This document shows, in pieces, positions 1 through 13,484 of a stretch of DNA of 64,000 nucleotides. The stretch covers positions 8,494,001 through 8,558,000 of the forward strand of contig JBHGNT010000017.1 of NCBI GenBank assembly GCA_043228905.1, in the 5' to 3' direction. How positions within the stretch are numbered: the stretch's first letter is position 1; each line of letters starts with the position of its first letter. Under the pieces are notes generated by a model. It did not search any database, was not told the origin of the DNA, and saw nothing but the letters and a program-made list of their open reading frames with translations. The position numbers and the translations under genes were made by a program. This stretch comes from Azolla caroliniana (lineage: Eukaryota; Plantae; Polypodiophyta).

Positions 1-718
1 CAACATAGCTCCAGTATCCATGTCCGAGGAGGTACTGGTGCATCTTGTACGACCAAGATGCATAGTTACTTCTGTCGAGCTTCTCAGTTGGAAGCGAACT
101 TGCCATACCTCTATCCATTTTTTTCCTTTTTGTCCTTCACCGAGATTAGGGGTTTTTTGTTGTTGTTTCGAGCTGAAGTCGGCTATAGAGGTTCTCAAAC
201 TCGCGCTCTGATACCATGGGAAATGTAAAGTGCAGAAGCTGGAAGCGAACTTGCCATACCTCTATCCATTTTTTTCCTTTTCGTCCTTCACCGAGATTAG
301 GGGTTTTTTGTTGTTGTTTCGAGCTGAAGTCGACTATAGAGGTTCTCAAACTCGCGCTCTGATACCATGTGAAATGTAAAGTGCAGAAGCTATACAAAAC
401 ACAGAATACCAACAGAGAAAAACAGGTTTAATGGAGATCTTAAGACACAATGTACGCAGGAGAGACAGAGAGGGGATGAACACACAGGAAAAACTAAAAT
501 CAAAATAATGTGTAAAACTCTGTACATAGGATGTGCTTAGAGAGCACTTTTATACAAGTCCATACAGATTGACAAAAATACTGACACGTAATTCAATGCT
601 CATAACTGAGCTCCTACACTAACTCTCGGTTTCCGCACCGATCTGGCCTCTTGTTGCGTAACGGTTTGTGCACCAGTTTACGCACCGATGCAGCCTATGT
701 TGAGCTTGTATCTCAACA
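1..718 (-). mobile_element. 5' end of a Ty1/copia element running out of the window to the left (gag start, PBS, 5' LTR 368-718)
   Basis: Met-i PBS read as GCTCTGATACCA on + at 356-367 (second copy 205-216), adjacent to an LTR TGTGAAATG...CTCAACA. Same architecture as the LTRs at 6806-7351 and 24385-24856. Confidence 0.8.
89..390. repeat. 151-bp tandem duplication spanning the copia PBS/LTR junction
   Basis: GGAAGCGAACTTGCCATACC starts at 90 and at 241; both copies contain the PBS. Confidence 0.9.
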
Positions 719-3151
719 AGGATCCCAATATTGGACACACATATATCGAGAGACTCTACCATGTCCCAAACCAACCTCCCATTCCAATGCCTTCCACACC
801 TCGACCTACCATGGGGACACTTTTCACCACCTATAGGGTCACGAAGGTCATAAAAAAATTACAACATAGGAAATCCATGGACCACATAGGATTGCGAGCC
901 GAACACATCATATATGCTCGAGAGTGCCTAGCCCCTTTTCTCACTCTAATCTTCAACCGCGCCCTCGCCGAGGGTTTTCCACCACAATGGACCATGAACA
1001 CAGTGGTCCCTATACATAAAGGAGGGGACCCAATGGACCCAATGGACCCAAATACATATAAGACCATTATGATAGGTCATACGCTCGCTAAACTATATGG
1101 TGCGGTAATGGAAGCGGAGCTCAGTGATTATATGGAAACATTAAGTCTTCGAGCACCTGAGCAGGTTGGCGTTAGACGAGCCTTCTCCACTATTGACCAT
1201 ATCTTCACACTTAGGTGCTTAATTGACCAGACGAAAGCTCGTAAGAAGAAACTATATGGTTGCTTTGTTCCACAAAGCCTTTGACACAGTTCCTAGGGAG
1301 AAGTTGTTTGATAGACTTAAGAGCTTGGAGATACCAAATGACATGATCTGGGCCATTTATGCCCTATATGAGCAAGTCTTTGGGTGCGTATGATGCCCAA
1401 GTGGCCTAGATGACTTTTGTACACAACAAGGATTGGTAGTGAATCTAGCGAAAACTAAAGTCCTTATCTTTCATACATCGTCCCGAGTTAGGAGTAAATG
1501 TCACCTAATCCTCTCTCATAAACTAGTTGAGGTAATTGGATCATATGTATACTTGGGAGTCATTTTTAGTGCTCGCTCAGGTAAATTCTCGATGACCTAG
1601 GCAGCCAAAGATAGGCTAACGAGAGGGTATGCATCCCTCTCACTCTTAGAGAGACAATGCCACTAGACATACTTTCAAGAGCCACGGACTAAGGGATGGC
1701 TCTTTGACTCATTAGTGACCCATTCCCTCATTTATGCATCAGTAGTATGGGCTCCAGGTCTACCATCTTTCATGTGGACGCAATTAGAGAGACCTTTGGT
1801 GACAATGTTATCACGTCAACTCCGAAGCAAATCGACAGTACCACATGACATTATTAGATCATAGTTCAGTCTATCCCCGATGTTAGTTGAAACACTTTTT
1901 CAAGTGGTAGTTTTTATTCATTGGATACATAGCCAACCACAAGATAGAATATCCCCACGAGCCTTTGAGGCATCCCGATCCCTACATGCGTCTGGAGACA
2001 CTAGCTCTTGGTATAACACTGTGGTGAGTTGGTTACTTGCAAACGACATAGACATTAATAACCTACCCCCCCCTTAAGTACAACCATGGGATTGATCAAA
2101 CTCTAATATCTCATGAAGATCGTAATAAAGTGATACGCCAAGAAATATGGAAAATTTACACTCGATATAAATGGATCACCCCACGAGAACCACTCCCATC
2201 TAAAATATTGTACTATAAGGAACAATTCTTGCACTTCTCTTAGTTAGGTTTTATTACACGACCAAGATATCTATATACATTCTTATCAAATGCACTAAGG
2301 GTGGTCATTGGACAACTTAGGATATCATCTCACCAACTTGAGATTGAGAATGGTCGGGCTAATAGAGTCCCTAGAGAGGAAAGGCTATGTAGGTTGTGCC
2401 ACATAGAGATAGAGGATGAGTATCACTTCACATGCAAGTGCCCCAACTTATGCAGAGATACGAGTGGAATACCAAGACATACGAGGACCCTCTCCCACTC
2501 TCTCCAAACTATTAGATACCCCGGATGTAAAAAGACTAGGTAGGTATATCTTAGAGCTAAAACAACATAGGGAGAATAAATTACAAAGTGTTAACCATAA
2601 CCCTTTTACCATTCATCAACTTGTAACTAGTGTAATTTTTCAGGAACAAGGGGAGACGATGAATGTGGATACACTTACGCCGCTCGGCCTCTCTCTTGAG
2701 GAAGCCGAAATGCAAAGAACAATCAAACACCCTCGGATGTTGGGCTTTAAAACAAGTCGACACGGAGTAGAGAAGATTAAGAAGATAAGGGAACGTGAGT
2801 TACGTCGACTAGAAGCAATGGTTGGGGTACCTTTTACATTGGGACCACGGGACACATCCACATCGAAACCCTTTGACCTCCCACTTCTCTTCGAGAGACT
2901 TGGATAGAAATGAAATTAGGCCTAATATAACATCATTTTCATTGTAGAACATGTTATTTTATATAGAACATGTTTGTTATTTTACTAGAACTATTTAGCT
3001 TAAAACTCTATTTTTATTTTATTTTATACTTTCGATTAATGGGTAAATATCCCAGTTTTTGTTGTAAACCATTTGTCTCATGGGCCAATTTTGGCTTTAG
3101 AAGAAGTTAATATATCTTTCTCTGTCTCTGTCTCTGTCTCTCTGTCTCTCT
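719..3151 (+). mobile_element. Decayed non-LTR retrotransposon (LINE, RTE-X/L2-like) ORF2 and 3' end
   Basis: RT motifs (LIFNRAL..FPPQW..VVPIHKGGD..PNTY, EQ.G.RRAFSTIDHIFTL) at 719-1284. C-terminal LRISSHQLEIE.GR...REERLCRLC..EIEDEYHF..CP at 2301-2450. Stops, frameshifts and an apparent deletion of the YADD region. Ends in a (TCTCTG)n-type tail at ~3118-3151. Confidence 0.8.
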
Positions 3152-5940
3152 CCACGAACCGACAGTAGTTCCGGACCCTCCACGAGCATAGGGAGTCAAG
3201 GCGGCGCCGGAAATCGGCAAGTGAAGGCCACCGAGAAAGTGAGTGTTGGAAGAAGCGAGTCGATTTAGACAAATCCGGATCGGGAAAGCTGAACACGGAA
3301 ATCGGCAACGATCGCACTACGTTGAAGGATCTGGAACCGAAAAGGGCCCAACCTTTGTGATGAAGCACAATGCTAATTTGATGAAGACGAACACCATGGA
3401 ACCGAACAAGGTGTGGTACGTCGACTCCGAAGCGTCGAATCTTATGACGAGCCACGAAGAATGGTTTTCATATTTGGAGAAACCAGAGCAACTGGGAGTC
3501 GTCGAAACCGGTGATGACACCTCGCATCCGATCGAACATGTTGGCGATGTCCCCCTGAGTCATGTCAGACATAAGGGATACTTATGAATGTATTGCACGT
3601 CCCAACAATAACGAAAAACTTGGTGTCGGTCAGACAGATCCTCGACCAAGGGATGTAGGTCTGATTCACCCACCTTGGGTGTTTCATTGAAGACGAAGGC
3701 CATATTATTGCGCAAGGGCACCGGGAATGGAGGATGTTCATCCTCGACACAAATGACGTCGGCACCACTCTGTTGACTAAAGGATAAAAAGTCGGGTTGG
3801 ACATCGACTTATGGCATAAGCGGATTGGCCATGTCAACTATCAAAGGCTTCAAGAATTGCTATAAAAACAAGTAGTGTTTGGATTGCCGAAGTTTAGTGG
3901 TTGGAAGGCCTTAATTTGTGAAGCCTGCCAGTTAGGGAAGCAACACCAACTTCCATTCTCCAATGAGCAAAATCGGAGCGGGAACAAGCCTGATTTGATA
4001 CATTCGAATGTATGGGGACTGGCACAGAATGTGAGCCTTGGCGGGAGTCAATACTTCGTCTCCTTCATTGACGGTTATAGCTGACACACATGGATCTATC
4101 TGATTGAAAAGAAGAGTGAAGTCTTTGGATGCTTTCGAAACCTAAAAAACCTTGTTGAAAGGGAAACATACTGGAAGATCAAGTGTCTGCGATCAGATGA
4201 TGGAAAATAATACCTTTCCGGCCAATTCAATTGTTACCTACAACATATGGCAATTCGGAGAGAATTCAGTTGTAGATATACTTAGCAATGGGCACGGTTC
4301 GGTTCGGTTTCAAGGCAAAAAAATTGAACTGAACCGAAACCGAATTGTTTATATAAAACAAAAACGAAACCAAACCGTTTAGAGAACAGTTGAAACCAAA
4401 CGAAACCATTTAATAAAATATTTAAACCAAACCGTTTAGGGAAAAATTAAAACCAAACCGAACCATTTAAATCAAACTAATTAAACATCTAAATAAATAA
4501 AAAAACATCAATTAAACCATTAAATTAATAAACTATTAAGGTAAAAAAAAGGTTAAACAAAAATCTATAAACCTTTAAACCAAACTTATAAACCTATAAA
4601 CCTATAAAACCAAGTTTTAGAACCGAACCAAACCGAAATCGAACCGTTTATCGAAAATCCAAACCAAACCAAGCCATTAAATTTTTTTGGAACCAATAAA
4701 CTGATAAACCATGGCTTTATGGTTCGGTTCGGTTCGGTTCGGTTCGAGTTGAAATCGTGCCCATTGCTAGATATATGCCAGAGCAGAATGGTGTAGTTGA
4801 AAGGAAGAACGGTTGGTTGTGGAAACGACACGAGCAATGCTGGAAGAGAAGAGCATGCCCAAGTTTTATTGGGCCAAAGGGGTTCGAACTGCGGTGTACA
4901 TCCAGAATCGAATCAAAGAGAAGGTGTCAGCACACAAGTTGTACTTTGGGCGAAAGCCGAACTTGAGACACCTGAGGGTATTCGATAGTATTGCATATGT
5001 GCATGTGCTGGATGAGAAGCGGAAGAAGATGGTCGCGAAGTTGAAAAAGTGCATATTGGTCGACTACTCACAAGAACAGAAGGGGTATAAGTGTTATAAC
5101 CCATAGACTAAAGAAGTTTGAGTAAGCCGAGATGTTGTGTTTGACGAATCAATGTCCTGGCATGCTCTTCTGATTCTGACCCCGACAACTCTGACCTCCT
5201 GATTATTGAGGATGAGGCCAACGAGCCTGGGATGATTCAAGAAGAAGAAGAAGAAGGTTTCGGCACTCAGGAAGAGAGTCTGATTTCATTCCGACTAAGC
5301 GGTCCGAATGAAGAGCTGAGTCGTGAAGACCAGTAGAATGAAGAGCCGGCGAGTAGTGAAGACTCGGCTACGCACTGCCCGCGTTCGACCTCAGGATTCG
5401 TCTTCTCTCTCGAAAGTGGAGCCATCTCCTAGAGTAGCAAGAAGCAACCGACCGTCGCACTTTCGAGCATAGAGGTTGAATACAGGGGTGCGGCGCTGGC
5501 TGCATGTGAAGCGGTTTGGTTGAAGAGAATCGTGAAGGATCTGGGCGTTCCCATCAAGGATATGATTCCCCTTTACCGCGACAACATGAGCAATATTCAT
5601 CTGCTTTGGAACCCGGTGTTCCACGCGCACACGAAGCATATAGAAGTGCACTATCTCTTCATCTAAGAACGGATTCAGGTTGGAGATGTCAACCTTCAAC
5701 ACATCAATAGAAATCTTCAGAAAACCGGCATCTTCACCAAAACCCTAGGAGCCAACAAGCTTCGGCAATTCATGTTAGACCTTCGATTAATGATCCCTGA
5801 CTTGCTAAGCTTGAGGAGGAGTACAAGAGATACCGTCCGAACCAGATACCAGCTGAAGAGGACATCAACTGAAAGAAGTTGACCAAAGTTGAGCTTGAGG
5901 GGGCGTGTTGAGAATGAAGTTCAACCTAGTCTAGTGTGTG
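3152..5940 (+). mobile_element. Decayed, internally deleted Ty1/copia (gag end, protease, integrase, RNase H end, PPT, start of 3' LTR)
   Basis: WYVDSEASN protease motif, CEACQLGKQH zinc finger, YFVSFID integrase, PEQNGVVER, RNase H AVWLKR/HIEV remnants, PPT GAGGGGGCG followed by TGTTGAG at 5906. Confidence 0.85.
4283..4769. mobile_element. Non-autonomous hAT-type MITE inserted in copia integrase
   Basis: 14-bp TIR TAGCAATGGGCACG / CGTGCCCATTGCTA. Degenerate 8-bp TSD GATATACT (4275-4282) / GATATATG (4770-4777). Many AAACCG/GGTTC subterminal motifs. Confidence 0.85.
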
Positions 5941-6357
5941 AAAACAACTTTTGAGAATCTATGAGCATCAAAGGTCAAAAGTCACCTCTACTTTCTACAA
6001 ATTAACTATGTGTCATAGAATCATATTCTATGACACATAACTAATGAGTTCCATATTCCCCATAACTAATGAGTTTCCACATTCCCCAAGGTTCTAGAGA
6101 GAGAGTGGGCGTTTTAGTGAGAGAGTGTAGAGAGAGGGCGACCTTATATAAAGCACCCTCCTCCTACTTTGTAAAGTGTCGATTAATCTCCTTTGTAATG
6201 CTCATATCATTGTAATTGTTCTCCGCGTATTGTTAATACATACATCCATCTTGAGTACTTCATTTTCCTATCTATCTATCTTGTGTCTCTCTTCTGTTCT
6301 CTTTCACACACATCCTTAATCTATTCCGGTTCATAGAATCACACTAGGTTCGTTACA
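5941..6357 (+). mobile_element. LTR-like fragment (TATA-containing, ends ...GGTTCGTTACA)
   Basis: CTTATATAAAG TATA-like box, GA/CT-rich R-U5-like sequence and a CA terminus; family not assigned. Confidence 0.45.
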
Positions 6358-6374
6358 AATCCCAATATTGTATA

Positions 6375-6899
6375 TATCACCGAAGCCCCAACCCATCCAA
6401 TCTAGGACAAATGTCCTTTGCTGCTTTAAGAATCTCTTGAGAACTTAGTGGTTGCAAAAGGCATTTTGAAAGTTTTATAGACACCCTATGTTGAATCCTT
6501 GACCATATAATATCCCTTTTAAACAAATCATCTCCAGAAAAGGATCTAGCCTTCAACAAATTATCATAATAATCAGAGGCTATTTGACGCATCTTACTAG
6601 GATCATTGGTATAAGATCCATCAGGACATTTTAAACGAGAGATCCTAGTAGTCGACTTATGGTGAGTATCCACTACAAAGAACAATTTATTTACTTTATC
6701 TCCTGACTTTGCCCATGCAAAGGATATATTGTGGTAAGTAAATTCAGATGTACCTTTTCTAATTCCAGTATCTGATTCCCTAATTGTATCACTCTAGAAC
6801 TTATATGTAAAAAGATACATGCAGAAGCGTATGTGAAAGACATAGAGAATGTAGTCGGTTATCCAAAAGTATAACAGCTAGGTAAACATAGAGTAAGGG

Positions 6900-6952
<53 letters not shown>

Positions 6953-7530
6953 AAGTAGAGTAGACAACAATAAACTTCTATTAAAAAAAATGCTTAATGT
7001 TGAGTACAAACGATAGTGCTCAAATGCACTTTATATATACAAGTCCATCTGATAGGGTTGTCATGAAGTACTGACATGTACTTCAATGCTCTTAAAAGAG
7101 CCTCTAACACTAACTGCCTATATTAGGCCTATTTACTAGAATAGGTTGAATCGGCGCGTGTGACATTCCAGATCGGCTTCCATAGCCACTCTGTCATCCG
7201 AATCCAGTATTTGGCTTCTTCAATTGTTTCGGCATCTGGTCCAAAGCTTAGACTTGTCAGCCTAAGTGGGCCTACCCAACCAGGTCGATTCCGGTCTGGC
7301 CTACCTACTTGTCCAACCGGTCTGCCCCATGTTGAGCTTGCTCGCTCAACATTATATAAGTTGAATATGGCCTTCTCTCTTACAGATGCTGCAAGGACCT
7401 CAATCCCCTATGAAGTATTCCTATTTTAGTAAAAGATGCATAAAATACTTGTTTGTCCTTACAATGAAAGAATTGTTGTATTTCAGTAATAGCCTTTTGA
7501 ACACTAGATAATAGCCGTTAGAGGCCTACA
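6375..7530 (-). mobile_element. L1/Tx1-clade LINE ORF2 fragment (endonuclease-RT linker), interrupted by a solo LTR
   Basis: ORF 6377-6685 ISRLKCPDG...IASDYYDNL...PLSSQEI..A....CP.LDGL resembles the L1-type linker/RT start; the extent to the right of the solo LTR is approximate. Confidence 0.6.
6806..7351 (-). mobile_element. Ty1/copia solo LTR with 5-bp TSD TTATA
   Basis: TGTAAAA...CTCAACA flanked by TTATA at 6801-6805 and 7352-7356. Homologous to the LTRs at 368-718 and 24385-24856; contains a (GA)n tract at ~6903-6950. Confidence 0.88.
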
Positions 7531-7560
7531 AATCTAGCCTAGTAGGTAGGCATATTTTTG

Positions 7561-9074
7561 GGAGTCAGTGTCACTCGCTTCGATCCGACTCAAAGTTGCC
7601 GGCTTTGTATTCCGGCATTTTCCGCTTCCCTTTCTCTTTGCGCATGACCCGTCTCCTCGGTTCCTTGTGCGGGGAGAGCACGACAGAGTCTCCCCTACTC
7701 GCCGATTCCTCATCCGACTCGTCACTTTGACCCAGTCGCTTGTTCAGTTCGCTCAATTGAAATGATTTCGGACTCTCTTCTAGAGTCTCAAGCTCGTCAT
7801 CTTCTATCTGGACCGGTTCAGGCTCACTGGCCTCATCCTTTGGGATTGGGTCGGAGTCAGAAGTCGGAGTTGGTAGAGAGTACCACGATGCTGTTTCATC
7901 GAAGTCAACATCTCGGCTTACTCGGACCTGCTTCGTCAGGGGGTTATAACACTTATACCCCTTTTGCCCATGCGAGTAACCGACTAGGATGCACTTCTCT
8001 GACTTTGGATTTAGCTTCATCCGCTTCTCATCCGGTACATGCACATATGCTATGCTACCTAGTATCTGAAGGTGTCTCCAATTCGGCTTCCGCCCGAAAT
8101 ACAACTCATGTGCTGACACTTTGTCTCCGATCCGGTTTTGGATGTAGACGGCCGTTCGGACCGCCTTAGCCCAGTAGAATTGGGGCATGCTCTTCTCCTC
8201 TAGCATTGCCCTTTCCGCGTCGACAATTGACCGATTCTTTCTCTCGGCCACACCGTTTTGTTCCAGTGTGTATAGGCAGCTGAATTCTCTCCGAATTCCA
8301 TTCTGCTGTAGATAACTGTTGAATTGGCCGGAAAAGTATTCTTTTCCGCCATCCGACCGTAGGCACTTGATCTTCCTCTCCGTTTCCCTTTCGATTAAAC
8401 TTTGAAGGTTCCGGAAATAGTCGAAGACTTCGCTTTTCTTCTCGATGAGGTAGATCCATGTGTGCCGGATGTAGTTGTCGATGAAGGAGACGAAATACCG
8501 ACTCCCGCCAAGACTAACGTTTTGTGCCGGTCCCCATACATCCGAATGTATTTAATCAAGCTTGTTATGGCTCCGGTTTCATTCGGTGGGGAATGGAAGC
8601 CGGTGTTGCTTCCCGAGTTGGCAGGCTTCACAAACTTGGGCTTTCTGGCCACTAAATTTCGGCAAACGGAACACAACCTGTTTCAATTGCAGGTCCTGAA
8701 GCCTCTGATAATTGATGTGGCTAATCCGCTTGTGCCAGATTTCGATGTCCGATTCAATCTTCTGTCCTTTGGCAAACATGGCAGTGCCGACGTCATTAGT
8801 GTTGAGGATGAACATCCTCCCTTATCTGCACCCTTGCGCAATTATCCGGCCTTCTTCCTCGATGAAGCACCTGAGGTGCGTAAACCGCACATGCATTCCC
8901 TGGTCGATGATTTGTCCAACCGATACCAGGTTCTTAATGATAGTCGAAATGTGTAATACGTTCATCAACTTTCCCTTTTGTTCGACATGGCTTAAAGGAA
9001 CTGCTCCGACATGCACAATCGGGTGAGGGGTGTCGTCTCCGGTTCCGACATCACGAAGGCCGATCCTTTACCGG
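7561..9074 (-). mobile_element. Ty1/copia internal fragment (protease, GAG-pre-integrase, integrase); left part of the element split by the gypsy
   Basis: WHKRISH, CEACQLGKQHRLPF, AERKNRSIV..RAML, PKSEKCILVGY. Sequence continues at 23393 across the CCGG TSD. Confidence 0.88.
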
Positions 9075-10298
9075 TGTCATGAAAATACGACGAGGATACG
9101 TGAACTTGAGGCAGGACCCCGGGGCCTTCGACCAGAGGATATCATATTCGTGCTTTTATATTTTTAACAATTAACGGAAATAAGAAAGATTGACAAATTT
9201 CATTAACAAAGGAAAAGAAAGATTACAATCAATCCCAAGATTGGGATTCGGAAGTTTTAGGTTTACTAAGATTAATAGAAAAGAAAGATTAGGGGTTTTG
9301 AGAGATATGGCTTCTATAGGGAAATTTAGGGTTTTTGAGTGTTATGGCTTCCGTAGGGAAAATTAGGGTTTTGGCTTCCGTAAGGAAATTAGGGTTTATG
9401 AGAGATATGGCTTTTGTATGGAAAATTATGGTTTATGAGTGTTGTGGCTTCGATAAGATAAGGGAGCTAAGAAGGAAAAGAAAATAAAAATGGAGAGAGA
9501 ATGAGTGTCGGAAAAAAATTGGAATTTATATGGAGTTCTCCGTTGATCATCGCCTTCAATGTCACTTTGCATGTCCACTTTTAGTTGCATGGCCTCTACT
9601 TTTAGTTGCATGTGACCATCCACATGACCTTTACTTTAGTTTTCTTTTCTTTACTTTACTTTAATTCTCCGCATGATCCAATCATTCATCTGTCTCGATT
9701 GTTGCCCATCCAATCCGTCCGGTCCGCCAAATCCCAGTTGCCGGTTCCGCCAATTCCGTTTTAATTACCAGCCGGTTCCAGTTTGCTTACCGGCCAGTTC
9801 CGGTTTGCTTTCCGATCGGTTCCAATTAGGTTTCCGGCTTACTGGTCGGTTCCGAATTGATTTCCAGCCGGTTCCAGTTTGCTTACCGATCGGTTCCAGA
9901 TTGCTTACCGACCAGTTCCGGTTTTCTTACCGGCTAGTTCCTATTTGCTTTTTAGCCGGTTCCGGATTGCTTACCGACCGGTTCCATTTTATTGCCAGTC
10001 GGTTTTTGGGAACTTGGCCACATTCATCCTTCTAGACAAAGTGGCCAAAGTGCTCTTGGCACAAATGAAAAAATGAGGGATCTCAATGTGCTTATATAGC
10101 TAGGGCCTTAAGTTTCTTATCTATGTGGGATACTTCAAAATTCTATTTTCCCTATCTTCTCAAGCTTCATGTCCACCTAACTTGATATGTAGTTGTCTAT
10201 TTTGTATGTAGTAAAATGCGTTTTGAAACTCTTGAGTACATCCATATTTCTATAACAAGCTACTAATCTAATCTAAAATAATTATTTCATTATTATTT

Positions 10299-13200
10299 TT
10301 ACATAGTGTGTGAAGATTCACACGACATTCGCCCCCACCAAACCTGCACATGCACCGGTAGGTGCCAATTTCGGTGAGGCTCCACTTTTGATTTCTTTAC
10401 TTTTTCGTCGATGATCAAGACAGAATCGTCAAAAGCTTCGAATACAATTTCTATTCTATCTCTTCTCTTGAAGATCTTGATTCTTTTACCGGCAATTGGC
10501 AAGGCAAGTGGTGTACCATCCAATTCTACTAAATGATATGTTGCATTTTCTTCAACTTTCTTCACCACATATGGTCCAAACCATCGTTGTGAAAATTTTC
10601 GAGCAGTACTATGTTGGTTGTCTAGGCTACTGTCATAGACTAGGACCCAATCTCCTTCAACGATTTTCCTCGGGCGAAGTCGATGTCGTTTATCGAAGTC
10701 TTTCTTGTTCTTTAGCCTTGCATTCTTTAATCGCGCTTTAGCCACTTCTATATCTTCCAAATTCTGCTCCAACTAACGAATCCTCAATGCTAGAAGATCT
10801 TCTCTACTTATCTCATCTTGCCATGGCAATGCAAACCATGAAATAATACTTTGTTCTACAGGCATTATCGGCTTTTGTCCGAATATGACCTCTGTCGGCA
10901 TGTATCCCGTCACCGTACTATGCGTAGTACTGTCAGCCCATAGTGCAAATGGCAATAGACGCGGCCATTCTCCTATTTTCCCATGGCAAGCTTTAACTAG
11001 AGCCTTCACAATCGGTCCATGTCCACGTTCCACTTTCCCATTTGCTTCCGGATTATACGCCATGGTAAGAGATAATTTGATTTCCAATCTAGAGAAGAAT
11101 TCTCTAGCTTCATTGGCGTCTAACTCGCCTCTATCAACCACTATCTTGCCGACGCATCCATATCTGCAAATAACATCTTCAAGAAGGAATCTGCATACCG
11201 ATGAACTCTCCTTAGTTCTCAATGCTCGCCCTTCAACTTGATTGGTAAGATCCTCTCTCGCAAGCACAAGATACTTCATCTGCCATCGCCCCATTGCCAT
11301 CATCATGATGTCCACCATCCACTTGTAATGCATAGCCAACAGACGGGTAAGTCGGATGAAGTTCATCTCGATGGCGAATATTCGAAAATATCTAACATTC
11401 CTTACATGTTTCCACATAAGCTGCTACATCTTTGTAAATGCCCGACCACCAATATTTCTCCTTAAGCTTCGCAAACGTAGCCCATATTCCTTGATGGCCC
11501 GCAAAAACACGATCATGAAATTCGGACATTAGTTTTTGTTGGTCTTCTAGCTTGCAGACAACTCTCATTGGAGTCCCATTCTTCTTTTTTGCATGTCTCC
11601 AAAGAGCTCCATCCTTAAGGAAATACTTGTATGCCTTCTTCTAAATTCGATGGAAGTCTTCCGTCGACCATGATTCATCTTTTTGGAGAGAACTCAAGTA
11701 TTTCCCGATCTCCACGAATTCGCCTTCGTAATCCTCTTCTATGAAAGTAGTGAGCACCCGAGCGTAGGAACTTGTAAAGAAATCCAAGCCAACATCCTCT
11801 TCATCATAATGTCGATCCTCTTCTCCGTTGTATCTCGCTCGTGATAGCATGTCTGCAACGACATTACGCTTCCTAGCTACATGACGGATCTCTGGGTTGA
11901 GTGATTTGATATATGCAATCCAATGCAACATGGCAATATCTAGTGTATTACAACCAAATATCATACCCAAATTGGTAGGCAATCTGTCTCAATTATGACT
12001 TCTGCTCCAATAAGGTAATCACGATAAGATTTGATTGCTGAGACGATTCCCCATAGCTCCCTCTTCACTTGGGCATACCTTCTTTGCCTGTCACTTAACA
12101 CTTTCACGCCAAACCGAATTGCATATTGGTTGTGATCTTCGTCTTCTTGGTTGATAACCCATCCGATTCTGATTGGACTAGTATCCACAATCACGAAAAT
12201 CGGCTTGCCGTCTGAATAGTCCGCCTTCCGTAATGCAGGTGCCTCCATCAACAATTTCTTTAGCCTTTGGATGGCGATTGTATGCTCGCTTGTCCATTCG
12301 AACCTCCGCTTCTTCTTTAGTAGACCATATAATGGCTCAACAATGTGGGCGTAGTGTGGAATCCAAATATGATAAAACGCGCATGCTCCAAGGAACCTTC
12401 GAACCTCCGTTTGGGTTATGCATTCTTCTTTCATGTCTTGGATTGCATTCACCTTGGATGGCGAAGGCTTCTGACCGTATGCTCCACACAAGTGACCTAC
12501 CACCAAGATCTCCGGTTGCCCGAATGCGGATTTTTCTCCCGAAAATGTCAAATTCGCATCTTCAAGCCTTTGAAGCACCTTCTCGCAATCTTTCATATGA
12601 TCCACAACGAACTTTCTGCATCCATCCTTATCTTTTGATTCATCCTTCTCTTCATCCGAACATCCTTTTATCGAGATATCATCCAAGAATGGCATCGTGA
12701 TATCAGGGATGCAATCCTTCAAGACCTTGTTCATGGCATTCACCATATGAGCCACCGAGTTCGTTGCGCCTTGAGGTAAGGTAAACATCCGCACCAACCC
12801 GATTGGAGTTCTCATGGTTGTAATGTCATGACTGTCGACCGCCAACTAGAATTGATCCTAGCCAGAGTAGAGATCGCCGATGGAGTAGATGGACCGGCCC
12901 GCAAACGCCTCGGCATATTTATCCACACTCGGACCGATTCCAGCATTCCAAATTGTCACCTTGTTGACGGGTTGAAGAACTTGAATGAATCGCAACGATC
13001 CATTCTTCTTCGGCACCGTGAACCACCTATTAGAATAAGGAGCGTTTGACGGTTCTAGAATTCCCATATTCACCTTCTCCTTTAAGAGCTCGATCAACTT
13101 CGGTAAGTGTGCTCTCGGAACCGGTATCGGTTTCAAATTCCAAGGGACATGCGGCACCGTGAAGATCACCATCGGTTCTACCATCCGTGGATTAGCACAT

Positions 13201-13484
13201 CCGATTTCTTGTGGGAAAAATGCGAAATCCTTCCCATGTCTTTCAAGCATTCCACGGAACATTTGCTCCTCTTCAGGAAGGAGGAAATCCTCCCTTCCAA
13301 CTCGTAGCTTTCCCTTTGTCTCTTCAGTGAAGACGTGACCAACTGTATTTGGGTTCCTTAAGCTTGGATCTTTTGCAACTTCCTTCATCTTTTGCCAGCT
13401 ATCTTCTGGTAGTGGTACTGCAATTGGCTTGACCTTCCTATCCACGGTTTTATATTTTGTGTTGACTTCGGCTTCCTCTATCAA
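10299..13484 (-). pseudogene. Outer gypsy pol (RT, RNase H, integrase), broken into several ORFs
   Basis: RT LPQGATNS/PFLDDI, RH IVDTSP..IGWV..ELWGI, INT YNPEANGKVERGH and GPY motif WFGPYVV. Internal stops and frameshifts. Confidence 0.88.

Noticed and set aside
6806-7115. Non-canonical TG...CT LTR terminus (shared ACACTAACT in three LTRs)
   Set aside because: The LTRs continue through a variable region to CTCA(A/G)CA, and the TTATA TSD confirms a canonical TG...CA end at 7351.
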